Positions 49,485 to 60,548 of a DNA stretch of 64,000 nucleotides are shown here, piece by piece. Below the pieces are notes generated by a model. That model had not been told where the DNA came from, searched no databases, and worked only from the letters and a program-made list of their open reading frames with translations. Made by a program: the position numbers and the translations under genes. Each line of letters starts with the position of its first letter. Position 1 is the stretch's first letter. Source of the stretch: Deinococcales bacterium (lineage in GTDB: Bacteria; Deinococcota; Deinococci; Deinococcales; JAAFIG01). The stretch is taken from positions 1 to 64,000 of the forward strand of contig JANNVX010000037.1 of assembly GCA_031414595.1 (NCBI GenBank). Direction: 5' to 3'.

Positions 49485-49676
49485 CCCCTCCGTCTCTCGC
49501 AAGCTCGAGCCACCTCACCCTACCTAACGGCAGGGGAGGACTAAGAACACAAGGCTTGGGCTTTTGGCTTTGGCTTGTAGCCCTAGAAAAGTAATCCCGC
49601 TTGTAGCCTGTAGCTCGTAGCCCTAGAAAAGTAACCCCCTGCGAAGTAGGGGGTCGCCGCGAAGCGGCGGGGGGTG
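49485..49676. repeat. Composite inverted hairpin repeat upstream of the DUF559 gene
   Basis: CCCCTCCG-hairpin-CCACCTC-hairpin-GGGGAGG arm and an inverted arm CCCCCTGCGAAGTAGGGGGTCGCCGCGAAGCGGCGGGGGGTG; spacer contains GTAGCCCTAGAAAAGTAA x2. Confidence 0.75.
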
Positions 49677-49738
49677 CTGCCCTTCCCGCGTGTGACTACA
49701 TGGGGGTGCTGTTAGTCTTTTGCAGTACAATCCCACTC

Positions 49739-50098
49739 ATGAAAACCTACACCAAAGCCCTCATCCCTCGAGCGCAAAAAATGCGCCGAGAGATGACTCG
49801 AGCCGAGGCAAAACTGTGGTTTGAACTGCTTAAAGACTACACCCCTCGAGTTCGGCGGCAACGTCCGTTTGGTTGGTACATCGTGGATTTTTATTGTGCG
49901 GCTTGTAAAGTCGTTATTGAAGTGGATGGTGGTCAGCATTTTACCCCAGAAGGCTTGGCGTATGATGCTGAACGCACGGCATTTCTTGAGGAGCTTAATT
50001 TACAAGTGGTGCGGTTTTCCAATGCCGATGTTCTAAATAATTTTTCTCGTGTGGCGGCTCGAGTTTCTGAAATTTTAGTTATCAAGGGTGAACCCTGA
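49739..50098 (+). CDS. DUF559 / Vsr-like endonuclease
   Basis: MRREMTRAEAKLW, RRQRPFGWYIVDFYC, IEVDGGQH, D..R, RFSN. Confidence 0.93.
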   Translation: MKTYTKALIPRAQKMRREMTRAEAKLWFELLKDYTPRVRRQRPFGWYIVDFYCAACKVVIEVDGGQHFTPEGLAYDAERTAFLEELNLQVVRFSNADVLNNFSRVAARVSEILVIKGEP

Positions 50099-50129
50099 TG
50101 CTCGAGACTAGGCATAATTTAGGTTGGCT

Positions 50130-50777
50130 TTAATTGGTTTTGGTTGCCCAGATAAGACCGCGCTTGACAATTTCTCTGGCTTGGGGGACATCAAAATCCT
50201 TGCGAACATGCCCAAGTGAGCAGTAAAAAACTTTGCCTTTTCCCCAGTGCCTTTTCCAGATTACAGGCATGATTGTGCCATCTATCCAATCGTTGTACTC
50301 GCCGCCAAAAGTTGTGGTGGCAAGCACTTGGTTGCTGGGGTCGGTGTGCATGTAGTATTGCTCGGAATTCATTTGAAAGTCGGTTATTCCAGCCACAATT
50401 GGGTCGTTGGAGGTGATGTTGACAGTGTAGTTAATAATGTTACCGGGGTGGGCGACCCATTGTCCACCAACCATAAATTGGTATTCGGTGTTGTTGCGAA
50501 AGGCATCTGCCATACCGCCGTGCCAACCAGCAAAGCCAGTACCGTTCTTGATCGTCTCGAGTAAGCCTTTTTCTTGTTCTGGGGTGATGGTACTCATGGT
50601 GTAGGCTTGTACGATTAAATCTAGCGATTGCATCAAGGCTGTGTCTAGGTAGATGTCGAGGGTGTCGGAAATAGTAACCGTATAACCAGCTTGCTCGAGA
50701 ATTGGAGCGAAGAGGTCAACGCATTGTTTGGGTTCATGTCCGTCCCAGCCTCCCCAGACAAAAAGTGCTTTTTTCAT
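50130..50777 (-). CDS. ThuA-like domain protein
   Basis: [34 protein letters not shown]. Confidence 0.9.
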   Translation of the reverse strand: MKKALFVWGGWDGHEPKQCVDLFAPILEQAGYTVTISDTLDIYLDTALMQSLDLIVQAYTMSTITPEQEKGLLETIKNGTGFAGWHGGMADAFRNNTEYQFMVGGQWVAHPGNIINYTVNITSNDPIVAGITDFQMNSEQYYMHTDPSNQVLATTTFGGEYNDWIDGTIMPVIWKRHWGKGKVFYCSLGHVRKDFDVPQAREIVKRGLIWATKTN

Positions 50778-51808
50778 TTTAAGAATTTTCCGATGTCCCC
50801 AGTCCAACGGGTCACACTGCCAGCGTTTGCCCATTCAATCATGACGGGTGCAACGTTGTTCTTAAATGGAACTTTGAGCAAGACTGCACCGACTTTGCCG
50901 TTTTGGAGTGCATAAGCGGTTAATTGTTTTTTTTCTAAGGTGAACAGCACATCTTTTTTAGGACTCGAGAAGGCATCTATGATGTTTTTATTTTGGCTTT
51001 GCAGGGTTTTCCAAGGCACAGCCAAAGTGTCATGTCCGACAAGGCTGGCGGTTGGGATAACCCCCGTATCGAAGTCTATGCAGCAGGCACTGCGAACCGC
51101 TTCGTAAGAATAACCAAGTCTGCCACGGATGACCCATTGTCCGCTCTTACGAATCAATGTCCAATTGGTGGCATTGGGGCTTTTTTCAAAGGTGTCTTGT
51201 TGTTCTTTACTCAAGCCTGCATAAAAAGCATCACCAGCCTTATAAAATTTATCTTGGGCGGCTTCGTTTATGGCATCGGTCAATTCGACAAAGTTAGGTT
51301 CTGGACTGGTGATGTTGCTTGTTCCACCGCTTTTTTGCACCAAATCTATGTACCGTACTTGGAGCGTACTGGCTGCCCACGGATGCGCCGCGCCTTTACA
51401 GTAGCCGCCGCCAGAGTTTTCGACCGACAAGTATTGTTCGTGGACAAAAAATAAATTGGTGGTTTCATCCTCATAGCACTCTGGGTCTAATTTTGGGGGG
51501 GTGCCTCTGGATGGGCTGCTGGCTGGACTGGCAAAAATAAATTGCTTGGTGGTCACTTGGTTATCAAAACCCTTAGCACTGATGCTACTCGAGCCAACCC
51601 GCCACCAACCTGACTCACGCGGCACAAGCACATCTTTGCCTTGACGGATTAAACTCAGTTTGCCATTTTGTGGGGCGACCCAAAGTGTTTTGTACGCACC
51701 AGCTTCGTTATAGCCAAATAACAAACCACTGGTTACAGAAGCCTGACTCGAGACGATACTGACCAAGCCAGCCGTGCCAATTGCCATTGCCAATAAAACT
51801 TTTCGCAT
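50774..51808 (-). CDS. Hypothetical exported protein
   Basis: Signal peptide; 344-aa ORF. Confidence 0.75.
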   Translation of the reverse strand: MRKVLLAMAIGTAGLVSIVSSQASVTSGLLFGYNEAGAYKTLWVAPQNGKLSLIRQGKDVLVPRESGWWRVGSSSISAKGFDNQVTTKQFIFASPASSPSRGTPPKLDPECYEDETTNLFFVHEQYLSVENSGGGYCKGAAHPWAASTLQVRYIDLVQKSGGTSNITSPEPNFVELTDAINEAAQDKFYKAGDAFYAGLSKEQQDTFEKSPNATNWTLIRKSGQWVIRGRLGYSYEAVRSACCIDFDTGVIPTASLVGHDTLAVPWKTLQSQNKNIIDAFSSPKKDVLFTLEKKQLTAYALQNGKVGAVLLKVPFKNNVAPVMIEWANAGSVTRWTGDIGKFLK

Positions 51809-51863
51809 GGCTTCTAGTCTACCTCAAGAACAAAAAATAGGAGCGATGGATTAGACTATATTT

Positions 51864-53159
51864 ATGACCATCCCAGAGATTATTGAAATCAAACGTGAAG
51901 GCGGGATTCATTCCCGCCAAGAACTCGAGCAGTTAATTCTTGGTTTTGTGGCTGGAACTGTGCCGGATTACCAAATTGCAGCGTGGTTGATGGCGGTGTA
52001 CTTGCGTGGCATGACCAGCGAAGAAACCACCCTGCTGACCCAAGTCATGGCTGCCAGTGGCGAACAGATGGATTTAAGCAGTTTGTCGCGCACCACCGAT
52101 AAGCACAGCACTGGCGGAGTCGGCGATAAAACCAGTTTGGTACTGACCCCAATGCTGGCGGCGTGTGGTGTGACGGTCGCCAAAATGAGCGGGCGTGGTT
52201 TAGCGCACACCGGCGGCACAATTGATAAACTCGAGAGTATCCCCGGTTGGTCTTCGCAACTCTCAGAAACTGACTTTCTAAAACAAGCCAAAAACATTGG
52301 TTTGGTACTGGTTGGGCAATCTAAAAACCTTGCACCAGCCGACGGCTTGTTGTATGCGCTGCGCGATGTGACCGCCACCGTGCCGAGCATTCCTTTAATC
52401 GCCTCGAGCATCATGAGTAAAAAACTTGCCAGTGGCGCTCAGACAATTGTGCTGGATGTCAAAGTCGGCGCGGGTGCATTTATGAAAACCATCGAGGATG
52501 CAAGGGAACTGGCTCGTGCGATGCTCGAAATTGGGCGTTTGGCAGGGCGCAACACAAGGGCGGTGCTGACCGATATGGAAACACCCCTAGGAAGCGCGAT
52601 GGGCAATGCCTTGGAAGTCAAAGAAGCAATTCTGACCTTACAAGGTCATGGGGCTTCAGACCTGCGTGAGCTTTGTTTGGCATTGGCAGAAGAAACCTTG
52701 TTGGCAGAAGGTTTCTCGAGTGAAGAGGCAATTGAATTGCCAAAAAAAGCCCTTGAGTCTGGAGCAGCCCTCGAGAAATTTCGGTTATTTGTAGAAGCCC
52801 AAGGCGGCGACCCAAGTTATGTGACCAATCCAGAAAAATTGGTGATTGCACAAGATAAAACGGTACTGAGGTTATTGCAACCCGGCTACCTCGAGACGCT
52901 CGATGCGCTGTTAATTGGTAAAGCCGTGCTTGCCCTTGGTGGCGGGCGTGAACAAAAAGGCGAAGCGATTGACCATAGTGTCGGTGTGACAATCCATGCC
53001 AAACCCGGGGAATACTTAAAAGCCGATGCCTTACTTGCGACGGTCTACCACAACAAGTGGCGTGGTTACGAAACAGCCATGAAACTGGTCAAAGACGCTT
53101 TTACCTTGGGGCAGAATCCTGTGAATGCTTCGCCGCTCATTCTCGAGCGATTGGCTTAA
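51864..53159 (+). CDS. pdp: Pyrimidine-nucleoside/thymidine phosphorylase
   Basis: [40 protein letters not shown]. Confidence 0.96.
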   Translation: MTIPEIIEIKREGGIHSRQELEQLILGFVAGTVPDYQIAAWLMAVYLRGMTSEETTLLTQVMAASGEQMDLSSLSRTTDKHSTGGVGDKTSLVLTPMLAACGVTVAKMSGRGLAHTGGTIDKLESIPGWSSQLSETDFLKQAKNIGLVLVGQSKNLAPADGLLYALRDVTATVPSIPLIASSIMSKKLASGAQTIVLDVKVGAGAFMKTIEDARELARAMLEIGRLAGRNTRAVLTDMETPLGSAMGNALEVKEAILTLQGHGASDLRELCLALAEETLLAEGFSSEEAIELPKKALESGAALEKFRLFVEAQGGDPSYVTNPEKLVIAQDKTVLRLLQPGYLETLDALLIGKAVLALGGGREQKGEAIDHSVGVTIHAKPGEYLKADALLATVYHNKWRGYETAMKLVKDAFTLGQNPVNASPLILERLA

Positions 53160-54080
53160 TTATTTTTGGACAATGTTCCAAATTCTCGCCATTCCGTCAC
53201 GGCTGGCAGAAGCCAGTTTTGTGCTGTCTGGCGAGTATGCCAAGGCTTTAATATAACTGGTGTGCGCCAGTAAAGTGCGTTTTTTGTTCAGACCCTTGGC
53301 ATCCCAGAGGTCAATGCTGCCGTTGTCGTTACCCACGGCGAGTTCTGTGCCATCTGGACTAAACGCCACGGCATAGGTGATTCGACTCGTGCCAACCTGC
53401 TCGAGTTCGCGTCCACTGATTCGATTCCAGATTCGCACCCCGTTCTTGGCGGCGGTGGCAAAGCGCACCCCATCGGGGGAAAGGGCGAGGTTATAAATCC
53501 ATTCTTTTAACTCGAGGGTGCGGGTGTTTGTACCACTGATTGAAGTCCAGAATTTAACCGTTCCATCGCGGCTGGCAGTGACAATTTGATTCTGAATAAA
53601 AAAAACACTGGTTAGCCAGCCTGTATGTCCTGTTAAGGTGCGTAATAATTTTCCACTCGAGACTTCCCAGACTTTGGCGGTAAAATCATCTGAGGCGGTC
53701 ACCAATTTTAAGCCATCATCGGAAAATGCGACGCTGCGAATCCAAGCACTATGGGCAGTCCAGACCCGCAAGAGTTTTTGCTTGGCGATGTCCCACAGCG
53801 CAATCCGTCCTTCGGAATCGGTGGTCGCAACATTGCCACTGCCGTTGATGGCTGCCCCAAGCACCCAGCCAGTATGACCCGTCAGTTTCATTTCGATTTC
53901 ACCTGTGGCTGTATTCCAAACTCGAGCCGTGCTGTCGTCACTACTGGTCACAAGGGTTTTTCCGTTTGGTGAAAAAGCCACCGCATTGACCCCTTTTTGA
54001 TGATGGTCTAAGAGCAAAAACTCCGACTGGGCAAAAGTAACACAGCACAACAAGGCAATTGGGTAAAGGATGTGTTTCAC
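53160..54080 (-). CDS. Exported WD40-repeat protein
   Basis: Seven GH..V..VAFSPDG..S.D.T..W repeats. Confidence 0.93.
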   Translation of the reverse strand: MKHILYPIALLCCVTFAQSEFLLLDHHQKGVNAVAFSPNGKTLVTSSDDSTARVWNTATGEIEMKLTGHTGWVLGAAINGSGNVATTDSEGRIALWDIAKQKLLRVWTAHSAWIRSVAFSDDGLKLVTASDDFTAKVWEVSSGKLLRTLTGHTGWLTSVFFIQNQIVTASRDGTVKFWTSISGTNTRTLELKEWIYNLALSPDGVRFATAAKNGVRIWNRISGRELEQVGTSRITYAVAFSPDGTELAVGNDNGSIDLWDAKGLNKKRTLLAHTSYIKALAYSPDSTKLASASRDGMARIWNIVQK

Positions 54081-54108
54081 GTTTGACCATCGTACCTCAG
54101 ATGACCCC

Positions 54109-54519
54109 TTACGCGCTTAAGTCAAAACGCTCCATCCATTTTTCAGGGGTTTTTAGAACCTCGAACCCAAATTGGGCATATAAGCCGTGGGCATCCTGAG
54201 TTGCCAGCATAAAACGCCGAATCCCTTGGAGGTCTGGATACTCGAGAACCGCCTGCATTAAGGTTTTGCCAACGCCTTGTCCTCGGTACGCTTCAAGAAC
54301 CACGACATCGCACAGATAAGCAAAAACTGCATAGTCGGTCACGACTCGAGCAAAACCAATCATCTGAGAGTTGTGGTATGCGCCAAAATTCAGTGAATGG
54401 GCGAGGCTTTTGAGGATTGTGGCTCGAGACCGATTTTTTGACCAGTAAGCGTTCTCGAGCATCTTAAAAATGGTTTCGGTGTGCAGTAAATTGTTGTCAG
54501 TGCTGATAATCAGGTTCAC
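54109..54519 (-). CDS. GNAT N-acetyltransferase
   Basis: GFARVVTD, YRGQGVGK, LATQDAHGLYAQFGF. Confidence 0.92.
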   Translation of the reverse strand: MNLIISTDNNLLHTETIFKMLENAYWSKNRSRATILKSLAHSLNFGAYHNSQMIGFARVVTDYAVFAYLCDVVVLEAYRGQGVGKTLMQAVLEYPDLQGIRRFMLATQDAHGLYAQFGFEVLKTPEKWMERFDLSA

Positions 54520-55895
54520 ATCTCCCCCATCTGATTTAGAGTGGATTGAATGGCTGTCCAGATGCGCTCTAAGTCGCTTTCTTGGGTGCGCCAATTGCTA
54601 AAGGCGGCTCTGATTCCAGCTTGTCCATGCAGGGCTGTCGGAGTCATAAAGACTTCGCCGTGAGCGTTTAATTGCTCAAGAAAAAGCGTATTTTGTTGGT
54701 TGCTCAGCGCAAAACAAACCACATTCATGCGAACTTCGGCAAGCAGTTTTAAGCGCGGGTCACCCTGAATTTTTTTGCCAAGGTTCGCCGCTAAATCACA
54801 GCAGTTTTCGACTATTTCCTGATAGCCGCTTCGCCCGTAAGCATTTAAGCTAAACCAAGCTGGTAATGCCCGCAATCGCCTCGAGTTTTCTGGGGTCAAA
54901 TGCACAAAATCTGGGGTACTGCTCGGCATTCCAAGATAGACCGCACTGTTTTGGAACACCTCGAGCCGCAACGCAGCATGGCGCGAAAAACTCATGGCAG
55001 CATCGTATGGCACGTTCAGCCACTTATGGGCATCTATACAAAGGCTATCGGCTTGGTCTAAACCCTGAACCAAATGGTCAAAACGCGGTGAGAGTGCCGC
55101 AAAACCACCAAACGCAGCATCTATGTGCAGCCAGAACGGGAACTCTTTTTTTAGTTCAAGAATCGCGCTTAAATCGTCAAAATCCACAGTGTTGACTGTG
55201 CCAGCGTTTGCCACCACAATACACGGGGCGTTGTGGTTCTCGAGAGCAGTTCTTAAAGCCTGAATACTGATGCGCTCCGTCGCGGGATTAAGAGCAAGAC
55301 TGCTTAGATTTTGGCGACCCATACCGAGCATAGACAGGGCTTTGTAGACGCTCGAGTGCGCCGCACCAGAAAAAACTTGAATTGGCTGCCTGATGCCTTC
55401 TTCAGCCACGTTATAGCCTTGTTGCTGCCCGACCCACTGCCTTGCCATTGCCAAGCCAACAAAATTAGACATCGTTGCCCCAGAGACAAAAACACCATCA
55501 TGGGCGCTGCTCAACTTAAAGAATTGGCGCAACATCGCCAGACATTCGCGCTCCAAGTCTGGGGCGCTAGAATCGAGTCCAGAAGTCGGATTTTGGTCAA
55601 AGGTACTGGTCAGCCAGTCGCCTGCCAGCGCCGCCGGCGTTGTGCCACCCGTCACAAAACCAAGGTATCTCGAGCCGACACTACCAGAAAAACTTGGGGC
55701 GTAACGCTGCATAAATTGATTGAGGGTTTGTTCAAACCCAAGTCCGATTTCGGGTAAATCCATTATCTGGGCTGGGCTTGGCAGCCTTGCGACAGCTTGA
55801 GCTTCGATATTTTGCAGCACCGCCACGGCGGTTTTTGTGGTTTGCTCGAGAATATCTTCGAGATGGACTAAATCATGGGCGAGAATTGAATTCAT
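54516..55895 (-). CDS. PLP-dependent group II amino-acid decarboxylase
   Basis: SGATMSN, AGTVNTVDFD, HIDAAFG, DAHKWLNVPY. Confidence 0.93.
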   Translation of the reverse strand: MNSILAHDLVHLEDILEQTTKTAVAVLQNIEAQAVARLPSPAQIMDLPEIGLGFEQTLNQFMQRYAPSFSGSVGSRYLGFVTGGTTPAALAGDWLTSTFDQNPTSGLDSSAPDLERECLAMLRQFFKLSSAHDGVFVSGATMSNFVGLAMARQWVGQQQGYNVAEEGIRQPIQVFSGAAHSSVYKALSMLGMGRQNLSSLALNPATERISIQALRTALENHNAPCIVVANAGTVNTVDFDDLSAILELKKEFPFWLHIDAAFGGFAALSPRFDHLVQGLDQADSLCIDAHKWLNVPYDAAMSFSRHAALRLEVFQNSAVYLGMPSSTPDFVHLTPENSRRLRALPAWFSLNAYGRSGYQEIVENCCDLAANLGKKIQGDPRLKLLAEVRMNVVCFALSNQQNTLFLEQLNAHGEVFMTPTALHGQAGIRAAFSNWRTQESDLERIWTAIQSTLNQMGEM

Positions 55896-55898
55896 ATT

Positions 55899-56531
55899 TT
55901 ATCCTTGTGGACGCTCGAGCAGCAGCAAACGAATGGCTAAGAAAATCATTACACCAGCCAAGAACCAACTCTGAATTTTGGCGGCTTTGGGATAGCGCGT
56001 AAATAATTGTCCAACTGAGCCACTAAAAACACCCAGCGCCGAATGAAAAAATAGAGAAATAAAGGTGAGAACTAAGCCGAGAATTAAAAGTTGCCAACCG
56101 ACATTGCCATTTTTAGCGTTGGCAAATTGCGGTAAAAAAAGCATAAAAAACAGTAAGGCTTTTGGGTTTAGTAAGCTGTTGAGCATGGCGCGGCGAAAAA
56201 TCTCGAGCTTAGGGATATTATTCGCCAGACCGATTTTAGGTTGCCCTGAAGAAACAAGGCTTTGCCAAGCCAGCCAAAGTAAATACATTGCCCCTGCCAA
56301 ACGCAGCACATCAAACGAAGCGGGGAGTGCGGCAATCAGGGCGGTCACACCTGTTGCAGTTAAAAAAGTTAAGACCAAATCGGCAGCCACTATTCCCAAA
56401 GCTGCCGCCAGACCGCCGCTCGAGCCGTGGGCAATACCATGTGACAGCACAAAAAACATATTTGGTCCTGGTGATAAGAACAGCATCAGCACCGCAAAGC
56501 TAAAAGTCAGTAAGGTTGAGGTTTCAATCAT
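55899..56531 (-). CDS. LysE/RhtB family amino-acid exporter
   Basis: SPGPN, GAMYLLWL, LLNPKALLFF..LPQF. Confidence 0.93.
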   Translation of the reverse strand: MIETSTLLTFSFAVLMLFLSPGPNMFFVLSHGIAHGSSGGLAAALGIVAADLVLTFLTATGVTALIAALPASFDVLRLAGAMYLLWLAWQSLVSSGQPKIGLANNIPKLEIFRRAMLNSLLNPKALLFFMLFLPQFANAKNGNVGWQLLILGLVLTFISLFFHSALGVFSGSVGQLFTRYPKAAKIQSWFLAGVMIFLAIRLLLLERPQG

Positions 56532-56540
56532 GGTTTTATC

Positions 56541-57467
56541 CTAACGTTTGACTCGAGTAAAACGGCTTAAAATCGCCACAAGCACCATAAATCCACCCGC
56601 CGCCAAGGTAACAGGGTCAAGAAACTCGCCCAGCAGTAAACCAGACCAAAGCAGGGTTAAAGGGGTTTGTGCCAGTTGTACTTGCCCAGTTTTAGCGATA
56701 CTGCCCATAGCCAGACCCTTGTACCAAGCAAAAAAACCAATGAACTGACTAAATACCGCGACATATAAAAAACACAACCAAGTCAGCACGGTGGGGTTAA
56801 AACTGTGGCTCGAGAAAGCAAAAGGAAAAATCAGTAATTGCAAAGGAAGCGCAAAAATAAGCGCCCAGCTAATCACTCGCCAGCCTTCGATTTCACGGGC
56901 TAATCGTCCACCTTCGGCATAGCCAATTGCGCCAAGACAAACGGCTGCCAACATCAGTAGGTCGCCGAGTTGTAAAGACCCAGCGCCTCTCGAGAGACCA
57001 TATAAAATAGCAGCAAGCACACCAACCGCACAAACAATCCAAAACCCATAATGTGGGCGTTCTTTGGTAAAAATCACAGCAGCCACGGCAGTCGCGGCTG
57101 GCAATAAGCCGTTAATCACACTGCCATGGCTTGAGTCTACAAATTGCAAAGCCAGACTTGAAAGGATTGGAAAACCAAAAATACAACCAAACGCCACCAA
57201 AGCCAAACCACGCCAATGCTGGCGTTCAGGCAGATGTTCACGGCGAATATACAAAAGTAAGGCTGCTAATAACCCTGCCAAAATAGCCCGTCCACTACCG
57301 ACTGTAAAACCACCCATGAGCGGCGCAGCAATTCGGGTTAAAGGTAGCGTCAAAGAAAAACTCAGCACCCCAAGAAACGCCCAAAATGCCGCTTGGGTCT
57401 CGAGCGGTAAATTTTGAAAAGATAATGTTATCGAACTTTTAGCAGTAGCGTTACTGTGGTTCTTCAT
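56541..57467 (-). CDS. DMT/EamA family transporter
   Basis: About 10 TMs, FSLTLP, GYAEGG; start uncertain. Confidence 0.9.
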   Translation of the reverse strand: MKNHSNATAKSSITLSFQNLPLETQAAFWAFLGVLSFSLTLPLTRIAAPLMGGFTVGSGRAILAGLLAALLLYIRREHLPERQHWRGLALVAFGCIFGFPILSSLALQFVDSSHGSVINGLLPAATAVAAVIFTKERPHYGFWIVCAVGVLAAILYGLSRGAGSLQLGDLLMLAAVCLGAIGYAEGGRLAREIEGWRVISWALIFALPLQLLIFPFAFSSHSFNPTVLTWLCFLYVAVFSQFIGFFAWYKGLAMGSIAKTGQVQLAQTPLTLLWSGLLLGEFLDPVTLAAGGFMVLVAILSRFTRVKR

Positions 57468-57483
57468 GTAGAATCGTAACATC

Positions 57484-58869
57484 ATGACCATAGAAAACGC
57501 AAGTGTAAACGCAGAACAAGCCTTCTTGACACGATTTCAAGCCGATTACTTAAACTTCTCGAGCAGCCATGATTTATTGCCCAGTGTCCGCGACCTCAGT
57601 CGGCGTTATCGTATTTCACCAGTTACCGTTACTCGAGGGCTAAAGCATTTGGTACAGGCTGGAAAAATCATCACCAAGCCCGGGGCGGGAACATTTGTTG
57701 CCCCAACAGAGAGCAATACGCCGTTTGATGCTTCTTGGCAAGCTCTAGCCCTTGGCGCTCGAGTCCCTTTAGGCGAAGAAACCCAAATTTTAATCAGCAG
57801 CCCACGCCCCGATGTGATTGGTTTAGGCAGTGGCTACCCCGACGAGCGCTTACAACCCCATGCTCTGCTAAATAAAGCCGCCCTGCACGCCCTGCGCCGC
57901 CCAGAGGTGTGGTCACGCAGTCCCGCCGCCGGCATCGAACCTTTGCGGCTTTGGTTTGCTCGAGAACTCGGCACGGATTTCTCATTTAACGATGTCCTGA
58001 TTGCCCCCGGAGGACAAGCGGCTGTTGCCACCTGTTTACGGGCGTTAGTGCCACCAGGCGGCAGTCTTATTTTTGAATCCCCCAGTTACTTTGGGGCGTT
58101 GGCTGTGGCTCGTTCAAGTGGCTTAGAAACCATTCCAGTCCCCGTAGACTCCGATGGTATTCGCCCAGATTATCTCGAGGCAGCCTTTGCCAAAAGTGGC
58201 GCAAGGGTGGCGTATCTGCAACCGTCACATCAGAATCCAACTTCGGCGATTCTCAGTCCTGAGCGCCGCCAAGCAGTGCTGAGCGTGGCTGCCAAATACA
58301 ATGCTTTTTTAATCGAAGATGATTACGCCCATGATTTCACGCTCGAGGGAGCAAAACCACGCCCCCTGATTTTGGATGACACCGACGGCAGAATTGTCTA
58401 TATTCGCAGCCTCACCAAGTCGGCTGCCCCAAGTTTACGGGTCGCTGCAATTGTTGCTCGGGGCGCAGTCAGTGAGCGCCTCAAAGCCCAACTTGCGATT
58501 TCAGAAATGTTCACCCCACAAGTGCTGCAACTGACCGCCCTCGAGTTGGTTGGCAGCCCAAGCTACTTGAAGCACCTAAAAGACCTGCGCCAGACCCTAA
58601 AAAAACGCCGCGATGTTCTGGTCACTGCCCTCGAGCAGCACGGCTATGCTGTGCCGAAAATACCCAAAGGCGGCTTTGGTATCTGGCTGCCCTTGCCCTA
58701 CGACGACCTCGAGTTTACCCAAAATGCACTGCGTAAAAATGTGCAAATTGCGGTTGGCAAAGCCTGGTTTCCAGCCGAAAAAAGCGGCGAATTTGCCCGT
58801 CTCAGTTTTGCCGCATCCGATGAAACCGCCCTGCTTGAAGCGGTCAAACGCCTTGAAGAAATTCGGTAA
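57484..58869 (+). CDS. MocR/GabR (GntR plus PLP aminotransferase domain) regulator
   Basis: LPSVRDL HTH, PGAGTFV, NPT, IEDD, SLTKS..PSLR. Confidence 0.93.
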   Translation: MTIENASVNAEQAFLTRFQADYLNFSSSHDLLPSVRDLSRRYRISPVTVTRGLKHLVQAGKIITKPGAGTFVAPTESNTPFDASWQALALGARVPLGEETQILISSPRPDVIGLGSGYPDERLQPHALLNKAALHALRRPEVWSRSPAAGIEPLRLWFARELGTDFSFNDVLIAPGGQAAVATCLRALVPPGGSLIFESPSYFGALAVARSSGLETIPVPVDSDGIRPDYLEAAFAKSGARVAYLQPSHQNPTSAILSPERRQAVLSVAAKYNAFLIEDDYAHDFTLEGAKPRPLILDDTDGRIVYIRSLTKSAAPSLRVAAIVARGAVSERLKAQLAISEMFTPQVLQLTALELVGSPSYLKHLKDLRQTLKKRRDVLVTALEQHGYAVPKIPKGGFGIWLPLPYDDLEFTQNALRKNVQIAVGKAWFPAEKSGEFARLSFAASDETALLEAVKRLEEIR

Positions 58870-58873
58870 TGAT

Positions 58874-59095
58874 TTACAATCTTTCCCATTCTTCTCGAGA
58901 AATCCCCGCTTGACGCAAAATTCTGTGCAGTAAATCCATACCAATATCCCCCTTATGCGGGTTAGGGATGATTAGTTTGGTCTTGCCTCGGAGCATATAG
59001 CCGTGACGTTTACCAACATAAGGACCTTCAAATCCTGCGCGTTGTAAGGCTTCAAGTAAGGCTCTGTGAGAAATTGCCCCAAAGAATGGCATCAA
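58874..59095 (-). CDS. hicA: HicA-family toxin
   Basis: GFEGPYVGKRH, IPNPHKGDIG, RILRQAGISREEW. Confidence 0.9.
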   Translation of the reverse strand: MMPFFGAISHRALLEALQRAGFEGPYVGKRHGYMLRGKTKLIIPNPHKGDIGMDLLHRILRQAGISREEWERL

Positions 59096-59343
59096 GCAAC
59101 CAACTCAAGTTTTGGGATTTCCAAAGAAACACCTGCCAACACAGGCAATTCATCACCAAGCCGAATGTTCAGTAAAATCCATTCTTCAAAAGCAGAACGC
59201 AGTTCTTCACGGCACATCTCGAGGGTGTCGGCGTTTGCCCAGACTCCAGTAATACCTATAATTTCGGCATAAAACCCCTCATCACCACTTAGGAGTTCGT
59301 AATGGGCTTGCTGCATTCCAGCCTTCAAGTAATCTTCAAACAT
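59092..59343 (-). CDS. hicB: HicB-family antitoxin
   Basis: YAEIIGITGVWANADTLEMCREELRSAFEEWI. Confidence 0.9.
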   Translation of the reverse strand: MFEDYLKAGMQQAHYELLSGDEGFYAEIIGITGVWANADTLEMCREELRSAFEEWILLNIRLGDELPVLAGVSLEIPKLELVA

Positions 59344-59376
59344 GGTTGCCTCGAGTTTCAGATTAGCAGATTTCCA

Positions 59377-59440
59377 GAGGGTAAGTTCTAGTACCTTTGC
59401 TCGAGGGCAAGTTCTAGTGCCTTTGCTCGAGGGCAAGTTC
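59377..59440. repeat. 26-bp tandem duplication of the ddl 3' end (about 2.5 copies)
   Basis: GAGGG(T/C)AAGTTCTAGT(A/G)CCTTTGCTC x2 plus GAGGGCAAGTTC. Confidence 0.85.
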
Positions 59441-60439
59441 GACCAATCTCGAGACCAATTCGGCATAACTTAAGCCCCCAGCCTCCCAGAGTTTCGGGTA
59501 CATACTGGTTTTGGTAAAGCCCGGAATGGTATTTAATTCGTTCAAGAAAAGCTCACCCGACTCTGGCAGATAAAAAAAGTCTATCCGCGCCAACCCAGCA
59601 CAATCCAGTATTTTATACGCCTCGAGTGCCAAGGCTTGAACTCGAGCCGAAATTTCTGCGGGTACACTGGCGGGGATGTGCATTTCTGCCCGCCCAGCCG
59701 TGTATTTGGTTTCATAATCGTAGAATTCTGAATCAAAAGTAAGCTCGCCGACTGGACTGGCTTTCGGGTTGTCGTTGCCAAGAATTGCCACTTCGAGTTC
59801 TCGAGGCTTACCCTTAGTGCTTTGTTCGACAATTACACGGCGGTCAAAGCCAAAAGCAAAACGCAGTGCAACCCGCAGTTCATCCAGATTCCCTGCTTTA
59901 GAAATGCCAACACTCGAGCCGAGATTGGCGGGTTTAACAAACATCGGAAAACCCAAGTCCCCCAGCCGTTCAAGCACTTTATCGGGGCTGGATGAAAATT
60001 CGTGTTTGGTGACCGCTTGATAGCCGACTTGAGGAATACTGTAATTTGCCAAGACATTCTTCATCATGATTTTATCCATGCAAACCGCGCTGGACAGCAC
60101 ACCCGAGCCAACAAAAGGAATTCCAGCCAGACGCAATAAACCCTGAATTGTGCCATCTTCGCCCATCGGTCCATGTAGCAGTGGAAAAACCGCATCGAAC
60201 CCTGCGGCACTCGAGGCTTGCATCAGTACCATCTCGCCGCCACTTGGGGCGCTGCCGCGCTCGAGCGCATGGGGCGTTTCGGACGGCGGTAGCCATTTGC
60301 CTTCGCGGGTAATCACCACCGGTGTGACTTCAAAACGGTCTTTGGGCAGTGCCTCGAGTACACTTTTGGCGCTGGATAAGCTGACTTCGTGTTCTTCGGA
60401 TTGACCGCCGCACAAGACAAGTAAACGAATCTTTGACAT
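59414..60439 (-). CDS. ddl: D-alanine--D-alanine ligase
   Basis: [46 protein letters not shown]. Confidence 0.97.
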   Translation of the reverse strand: MSKIRLLVLCGGQSEEHEVSLSSAKSVLEALPKDRFEVTPVVITREGKWLPPSETPHALERGSAPSGGEMVLMQASSAAGFDAVFPLLHGPMGEDGTIQGLLRLAGIPFVGSGVLSSAVCMDKIMMKNVLANYSIPQVGYQAVTKHEFSSSPDKVLERLGDLGFPMFVKPANLGSSVGISKAGNLDELRVALRFAFGFDRRVIVEQSTKGKPRELEVAILGNDNPKASPVGELTFDSEFYDYETKYTAGRAEMHIPASVPAEISARVQALALEAYKILDCAGLARIDFFYLPESGELFLNELNTIPGFTKTSMYPKLWEAGGLSYAELVSRLVELALEQRH

Positions 60440-60548
60440 GAGGCAAAGTCTGGGGGAATGGCATGAGTGTCTGATTAGAGATACCGATACGAAACTGGTT
60501 AGAGATGCCAATAGCTGACAATTCATTGTCTTAACGTTAAACTGCTCC

